Shown here one piece after another: positions 58,441 to 64,000 of a DNA stretch of 64,000 nt. Made by a program: the position numbers and the translations under genes. The first letter of the stretch is position 1; every line of letters starts with the position of its first letter. The stretch is from Candidatus Aminicenantes bacterium (GTDB lineage: Bacteria > Acidobacteriota > Aminicenantia > UBA2199). Location of the stretch: contig JAPKZK010000038.1 of the NCBI GenBank assembly GCA_026393835.1, forward strand, positions 185,988-249,987, in the 5' to 3' direction. The notes below the pieces were generated by a model. That model worked only from the letters and a program-made list of their open reading frames with translations, was not told the DNA's origin and did no database searches.

Positions 58441-60567
58441 TCAACCAACTTTCAACCGTTTCTCTTTATACTCATACAGCCAATCCATGGCGTCCTTGTT
58501 TTGACGGGTCATTTCCAGGATAGGCTCTTTTAAACTTTCGATGCGGATACCTTGTAAGGTTTTTTCCGTCAACCTTTCCAATTCAACCAGGCATTTGACG
58601 CCGAAAGCCAAAAGACGCAGCCGCGGATAAGATGGCTTTAGATCACGCAGTATCCCTAATATTTTAAACCCGGTCAGCATATCGCTGCCGCAGGCAATGG
58701 GGACCGTCTCAAGCTCCAGGTAATCTTCGTTGCCCAGGCACTTTTGTAATAGCGGAACAAACGTTTCATCCTGCCGCCTGCGATGCTCTACCAGGTAACA
58801 CGCGGCAATGTATTCCATTATAGTGGAGTGGGAAAAAACATACTCCCTATTGAAGGTTTGGATTAACAGGTGATCTTTATGAAGCTGCTCAAACCATTGT
58901 TCCGACCTTTTGGGCGCGGTCTTCTCCTCGGCTCCGGGCCAATTTTTCTTGATAAAACCGATGAAAAGCCCGATCAATGTCTCTTCATCGACTGTGAAAT
59001 GAGCCTTTCCATCGACGCTGTTATAGAAAAGATGAAAGCAAAGATAGGCCAATGCATCATATAAAACCTTTATTTCCCTGTGCTTTTCAAAAAAGTCCGA
59101 TTTTTTGACTTCCATGAAAAAAAGTTCCAGGTTTTTAAATGGAAACGCATTAATTTTAATATTATCCCAGGCCTTTAAAAGAATAAATTTCATCAACATT
59201 TCGTACATTTGAAAACGGAGGTCAAATTTTTCATAGGCCTGGTAATAAGCTGCAATCAGCAAGGCTATGATAGGAGTGACGGTCATCTTCACCACTACTT
59301 CCTCTTGCCATACAGCCGCATCAAAATTTTTATACGTGGTAGAATCTTCATCGAGAATATGCCGGGCTAAAGAACGCACCTGTTCCATGTTAAGCGATAA
59401 TGCTTCAAAAACCTGTATCTTATATTGCCTGATGCCTTGCGCCAGGTAAATTTTCTCCGAGGATATTGATGTCAGAACCAGGCGGTTTTCCGAATGTAGT
59501 ACAAAAAAGAGTTGTCTAATTCTTTCCCGCGTCTCAAGGTCCTGGGCTTCGTCCAATGCATCTACCAACAGGGTCAACCTTTTTTCTTTAAACGATTGGA
59601 CAACCTTTAATTCCGCATTCCGGAACTCTACTAATTCATCCGGCGTTAATTCATTTACCTGTTTTTTCCCGAACAAGAACACCCAGGTCATATACGAAAG
59701 GGCTTCTTCATACGACGGCGACCCCGGTTCCGAAGCGTACCTTTGCTTAAACCATGTGTCGTAAAAAGGAGCGTTGTAACACGAAACAAAGAGAACGGTT
59801 TGGGTTTCGCCGGGAAGTTTGGATTCATTGCCCTTGAATTCCCGGAAAGCCAGGCAGCGGAGGATGGTGATTTTCCCGGCGCCGGGAAGGCCAAAAATAA
59901 CCGCCCCCTTCCGGTGCTTCTCATAAAATAAGGTTACATCGATTTCCTTTCCTTGACGGGGTACATTTTTTTTTGTATTCCCTTTTTGTCCCGGTAGGGA
60001 TTCGCTCGATTCTGCCTGGAAAAAGTCTTCATCGTATGCCAGGGAAAGATTGATAAAATTTTTCTCCATGGGAACGGGGGGATAAATATTCCCGAATACC
60101 GGTATATAGGCGACATCTCTTCTTAACTCTTCCATCCGCTGCTCAAGCAGGTTGGAAACGCCGGCATCCCCACTTACAATCCTTAATCGATAAAAGGGTG
60201 GAAACCACGCCTCATTGTCAAACCCCGTGAGGGGTTCATTCAACTCCAAACGATTGGCCTCGATACTTTCCCCGGTTAGAAGATGCTTGATACCAAGATA
60301 CAACGGATGTGTTACTACCAATTCCCAGGAAAGGGCATATCTTTCCAAACGAAATACTTTGATGCCTTCTGCGCCGAAAAACAGGACGGCATCGCCCTGG
60401 GAGTTTACGATACGAAATCCGTGTTTTTCAACGATGTGTTTTATTTTGTCCTGGAAATAGGATATATAATCGGCCGTAACGGTATCCCCCATTTTAATGG
60501 ACTGATTTGTGAAATTCACAATATCCACCAGCGCCAGGATACCTTGTAAGACTTTAAATGCTGCCAT
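58441..60567 (-). pseudogene. Class III nucleotide cyclase-like + NACHT NTPase protein, probably degenerate
   Basis: LVDIVNFT, QGDAV; cyclase domain looks shortened; Walker A GLPGAGKIT (T to I); LLVDALDE; FSHSTIMEY; abrupt C-terminus. Confidence 0.65.
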
Positions 60568-60787
60568 TACCGTGCCTTTCCCTTCTTATAGCCATCGGGG
60601 AGCTTTACGAAAAGTTTATTTTTCTCAAGCCATTCGAGAAAGATGCTCTTAGTAAAGGTATGAAGGCAAACAAAAGTTTTCCAACGGTGCTTTTACCCGT
60701 GTCATTCTCGCCGGCAATTACGGTGAGACCGTTTAACTCGATCCCGGCATCTTCTATCATCCCGGTATTCTTAAATGTTACCTGCAT
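60567..60787 (-). pseudogene. Chimeric remnant: AAA ATPase N-terminus joined to an unrelated C-terminus
   Basis: MQVTFKNTG..LTVIAGENDTGKSTVGK; another frame gives FLEWLEKNKLFVKLPDGYKKGKAR*, TAATG-coupled to the NACHT gene. Confidence 0.6.
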
Positions 60788-60892
60788 ATACACCTCATTC
60801 GATTTATTATTCAACGTTCAACGTCTTCGCTGCTGCGGTGCTGCGGGATTATCATATTAAAAAAAAACTGAAATGTCAATGGTTTTCTGTGC

Positions 60893-60946
60893 CCTGAATC
60901 CGCCGCCTAATTTTATTAGCCGCGAAGATCGCGAAGGGACGCGAAG
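60893..60946. repeat. ~54-bp direct repeat, copy 1 (copy 2 at 61748-61801)
   Basis: cctg.atccgccgcctaattttattagccgc.aaga.cgcgaagggacgcgaag. Confidence 0.9.
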
Positions 60947-61039
60947 GGACGCGAAGAGAAGATGCCCACGAATTACCCGAATTAACACGAATGAAACGAA
61001 TTAACTCGAATGAAAAAAGCCTTGCTTGCAAACCCAATT

Positions 61040-61342
61040 TTATTTAGGTCTGCGTTTTTTTAGAATTGCCGGGTCTCTTTTGGCGTGAAGAACTGCAAGA
61101 ACTATTATATTATCCCTATCAATGATGTAAAATATCTCGTAGGGGAAACGGTGGGTTATGGACCTGCGTACATTTTTATAAATTTTTTGATATATTCTCG
61201 GATCTTTGATTATTAGATCAAAAGCATCATCAACACAACTCAGAAACTCTAATCCTAAACCGGGAACTTGATCTTGATACCACCGAAATGATTCGGTTAG
61301 ATCGGCCTCTGCTTCGGGTCGAATGATTATTTTGTAGCTCAC
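61040..61342 (-). CDS. RelE/ParE family toxin
   Basis: RPEAEADL..WY..GLGLEF, RFPYEIFY, VLAVLHAKRDP. Confidence 0.9.
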   Translation of the reverse strand: MSYKIIIRPEAEADLTESFRWYQDQVPGLGLEFLSCVDDAFDLIIKDPRIYQKIYKNVRRSITHRFPYEIFYIIDRDNIIVLAVLHAKRDPAILKKRRPK

Positions 61343-61560
61343 GGGGTTGACAGAAGCTTCTCCTTAATTTTTTCCCAGGGCTGACCTGCTCTTGGATTTT
61401 CGTAATAGGAATTAAGCCGAGTTTCGAGTTCCTGCTGTTGAGCAGTGGTTAAAGGAATCGACTCCGGACTTTCCGCAATGCTCTCCCATATCTGGCTCAT
61501 TATCATTAGTCGCTGGGCAACACTTAACTCAAGTATCTTCGAAAGTTCTTTGGTTCTCAT
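61339..61560 (-). CDS. Addiction-module antitoxin (TIGR02574-like)
   Basis: LSVAQRL..IWESI, QQQELETRL, PWEKIK; overlaps the toxin gene. Confidence 0.88.
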   Translation of the reverse strand: MRTKELSKILELSVAQRLMIMSQIWESIAESPESIPLTTAQQQELETRLNSYYENPRAGQPWEKIKEKLLSTP

Positions 61561-62103
61561 GGCTCTATTATAATATCAAAATAACGTTTTGGCAACCCAT
61601 ATCGTCTTAATTTCACGATACTTTCATGCTAAATCAGTCAATGCTGTAAGCCGCATGGAAACCTCCTAATTTGTCAGGCATTCTCTTCTTTTCTACCATA
61701 TCTGCCGAGTATACAAATTAATCGATGGATTTGCAAGTGCCCGGAAACCTGGATCCGCCGCCTAATTTTATTAGCCGCTAAGAACGCGAAGGGACGCGAA
61801 GAAAAAGAAAAAGCTCATTTTACCCCGGCACCACTACCCGGACCTATGTCGGGATTCCCTTGATTCCTGGGGAAACTTTCCAGGGCCGTGATAAAACTTG
61901 CCGGAGCTTCAATAAATCTTTCCAGGGCTTTGGTTAAACTTTCCTGGTGGGATTTGGAACTATAAAAGTAGAGAATGATGAATGATGAAGAAAAAAAGGA
62001 AGAGCGGAAAAAGCAGAAGAGTCCGTGAACCGTCCGTGTTCGTCGCGACGCTTGTGGCACATTTTTTTTCGTGAAAATTCGTGTAATTCGTGGGCTTTTT
62101 TTC

Positions 62104-62844
62104 TTACTTTTCAAAACCGTGCTTTTGTTTGAAGGCGTCCACTTCCTCTTTGGTCAACTCTCGCCAATAACCCACGGGCAGTTTTTTTAATTTAATGTCG
62201 CCGACAGCCATCCGTTTCAGTTTCTCCACCGGGTGACCGGTATATTTAAAGACCTTTCTTAGTATATGCTTTTTGCCTTCCACGATGACCACCTGGATCC
62301 AGGAATTGTTTCGGGCGGTTTTCCTGATAAATTCGATGCTCAACGGTTTCACTCGGGACCCTTCGATGTGGATGCCTTTACTGAGTAACTTTTTCCTCTC
62401 TTCCTCAGTGAGGGCGCCTTTTATTTTTATGTTATAGACCTTGGGGACTTTATTCCGGGGCGAAATGATGAAATTGGCCAGTTCGCCGTCATTGGTTAAT
62501 AATATCAATCCTTCGGAATGGTAATCCAACCGCCCCACCGGGTAAACGCGCTCTTTGATGCCGGCGATGAAATCTTTCACCGTGGGCCTGCCTTCGGGGT
62601 CATCGAGGGTTGTCATAACGCCATCGGGTTTATTGAAAATATAATATGACTTTTTCTCCACATGGAGCTTTATCTTCCTGTCCAGTCGCCGGATCACATC
62701 TTTGGAGATATCTACCATGAAATTGGGGTCTTGAATAACCGTATTATTGACCTTGAACTCACCGTCGACAATTCCTTTGCGAATGTTCCTGCGGTTATCC
62801 AATCCCGCTCCTTGCAGCGCTTTTTGTAATTTCATAAGGTTCAT
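62104..62844 (-). CDS. Pseudouridine synthase, RluB/RsuA family
   Basis: S4 domain, NKPDG, VGRLDYHSEGLILLTNDG, EGKKH. Confidence 0.92.
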   Translation of the reverse strand: MNLMKLQKALQGAGLDNRRNIRKGIVDGEFKVNNTVIQDPNFMVDISKDVIRRLDRKIKLHVEKKSYYIFNKPDGVMTTLDDPEGRPTVKDFIAGIKERVYPVGRLDYHSEGLILLTNDGELANFIISPRNKVPKVYNIKIKGALTEEERKKLLSKGIHIEGSRVKPLSIEFIRKTARNNSWIQVVIVEGKKHILRKVFKYTGHPVEKLKRMAVGDIKLKKLPVGYWRELTKEEVDAFKQKHGFEK

Positions 62845-62860
62845 TTTTTACTCTCTTTTT

Positions 62861-64000
62861 TTATTTTATGTTCAAACGCTTCATTAACTCGGACAGGGTG
62901 GTGGCTTTTAAACCCAATTCCCGGGCCGCGTTTTTCTGGATGCCGTCGTTGTCCCGGAGGGCCTCCAGGATTAACTCCCGTTTTAACTCGTCGAGCCTCT
63001 CGTAAAAATTTCCTTTCTTAACTTCTCTCCTGGCGGCGCCCAGGATTTCCTGGGGCAATAAATCCGCGCTTAACATGTCCGAAGGCGCCAGTAATACGGA
63101 GCGGATAACGGCATTCTCCAACTCCCTGATGTTGCCGGGCCAATTGTAATCCATCAGGTATTTCATAAATTTATTGTCCATGCCGACAATGGTTTTATTA
63201 TTCTCCAAAGCGTATTTTTGCAGGAAATGCTCGGCCAACAGGGGAATATCCTCTTTTCTCTCCTTCAAAGGCGGGAGATGGATGTTGATGATATTCAACC
63301 GGTAGTACAGGTCTTCCCTGAATTCATTCTTGTCTACCTTTTCCTTGAGGTCCACATTTGTGGCCACGATGATGCGGACATCGACTTTAACGGTCTTATT
63401 GCCGCCCAGGGGTTGGATTTCTTTCTCCTGGAGCACCCGCAATATTTTGGTCTGGGTGTCGTTGTCCAGGTTGGCTATTTCATCCAGGAACAGGGTGCCG
63501 GTATGGGCTTCCTCGAAAATTCCTTTTTTGTCGGCGTAGGCCCCGGTAAAAGCGCCTTTCTTGTATCCGAACAGGATGCTCTCGAACAGGGTGGGCGGGA
63601 TATTGCTGGAATTGAAAGAGAAAAAGGGTTTGTCCCTGCGGTTTGAATTGCGGTATATGGCTTTGGCGATCAATTCTTTGCCGGTTCCGCTGTCGCCGCT
63701 GATCAACACGGTGGAACTGGTATTGGACACGCTCTCCACATTGGAAAGTACACGCTCCAACGCCCGGCTCTTCCCGATTATATTCTTGAAGGAAAACCGC
63801 TGATCCAGCATCTTTTTTAACTGGATGTTCTCTCTATTCATGTTCCTTTCTTTGAGAATCCGCTCGATCTTATGTTTGATTTCGACATTATTAAAGGGTT
63901 TTTGCAGGTAATCCACGGCCCCCAGCTTGATGGCTTCTATGGCCGACTCGATGGTGCCGTAAGCGGTTAAAAAAATGCACCGGATATCCGGGTCGTCTTT
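62861..64000 (-). CDS. Sigma54-dependent NtrC-family response regulator; 5' end beyond the window
   Basis: Receiver tail (FLTAYG..GAVDYLQKP), GDSGTGKE, GAFTGA, LFLDEI, WPGNIREL, HTH_8. Confidence 0.93.
   Translation of the reverse strand, partial: KDDPDIRCIFLTAYGTIESAIEAIKLGAVDYLQKPFNNVEIKHKIERILKERNMNRENIQLKKMLDQRFSFKNIIGKSRALERVLSNVESVSNTSSTVLISGDSGTGKELIAKAIYRNSNRRDKPFFSFNSSNIPPTLFESILFGYKKGAFTGAYADKKGIFEEAHTGTLFLDEIANLDNDTQTKILRVLQEKEIQPLGGNKTVKVDVRIIVATNVDLKEKVDKNEFREDLYYRLNIINIHLPPLKERKEDIPLLAEHFLQKYALENNKTIVGMDNKFMKYLMDYNWPGNIRELENAVIRSVLLAPSDMLSADLLPQEILGAARREVKKGNFYERLDELKRELILEALRDNDGIQKNAARELGLKATTLSELMKRLNIK

Overview
Bacterial chromosomal window of moderate GC with AT-rich accessory patches; the lineage cannot be determined from sequence alone. 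Core blocks are gcvT-gcvH-gcvPA-gcvPB-glyQ-glyS-radA, a PIG-L/small membrane protein/SSS operon, gabD, wrbA, a fabK-like gene, thrC, an RsbV/W/U partner-switch operon, an rluB-like gene and an NtrC-family regulator. A sigma54-type promoter precedes a porin-cytochrome operon (decaheme MtrA/DmsE-like, beta-barrel, 10-heme lipoprotein). Between the core genes are many defence/conflict genes: a Roco LRR protein, two YhcG/DUF1016 nucleases, a PtuAB/Septu-like ATPase+HNH pair, DUF4143 ATPases, STAND-like ATPases, a cyclase-NACHT protein and TA modules. The most unusual signal is architectural. (i) Several accessory cassettes are bracketed by 28-185 bp direct repeats, with no integrase in view. (ii) Several toxin or RM genes keep only their N- and C-termini (hicA, HEPN, AbiEii-like, hsdM), and an Rpn gene keeps only its small C-terminal ORF, while the partner antitoxins stay intact. 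(iii) A GxxExxY nuclease gene sits inside 35-bp terminal inverted repeats, and gene-less relatives of these ends occur throughout. (iv) There are 21-bp-period tandem arrays, one in an XRE-operator/hairpin-array/104-aa-protein module. No rRNA, tRNA, CRISPR array, integrase or reverse transcriptase was recognised. All family assignments come from motif recognition by eye, not database searches.
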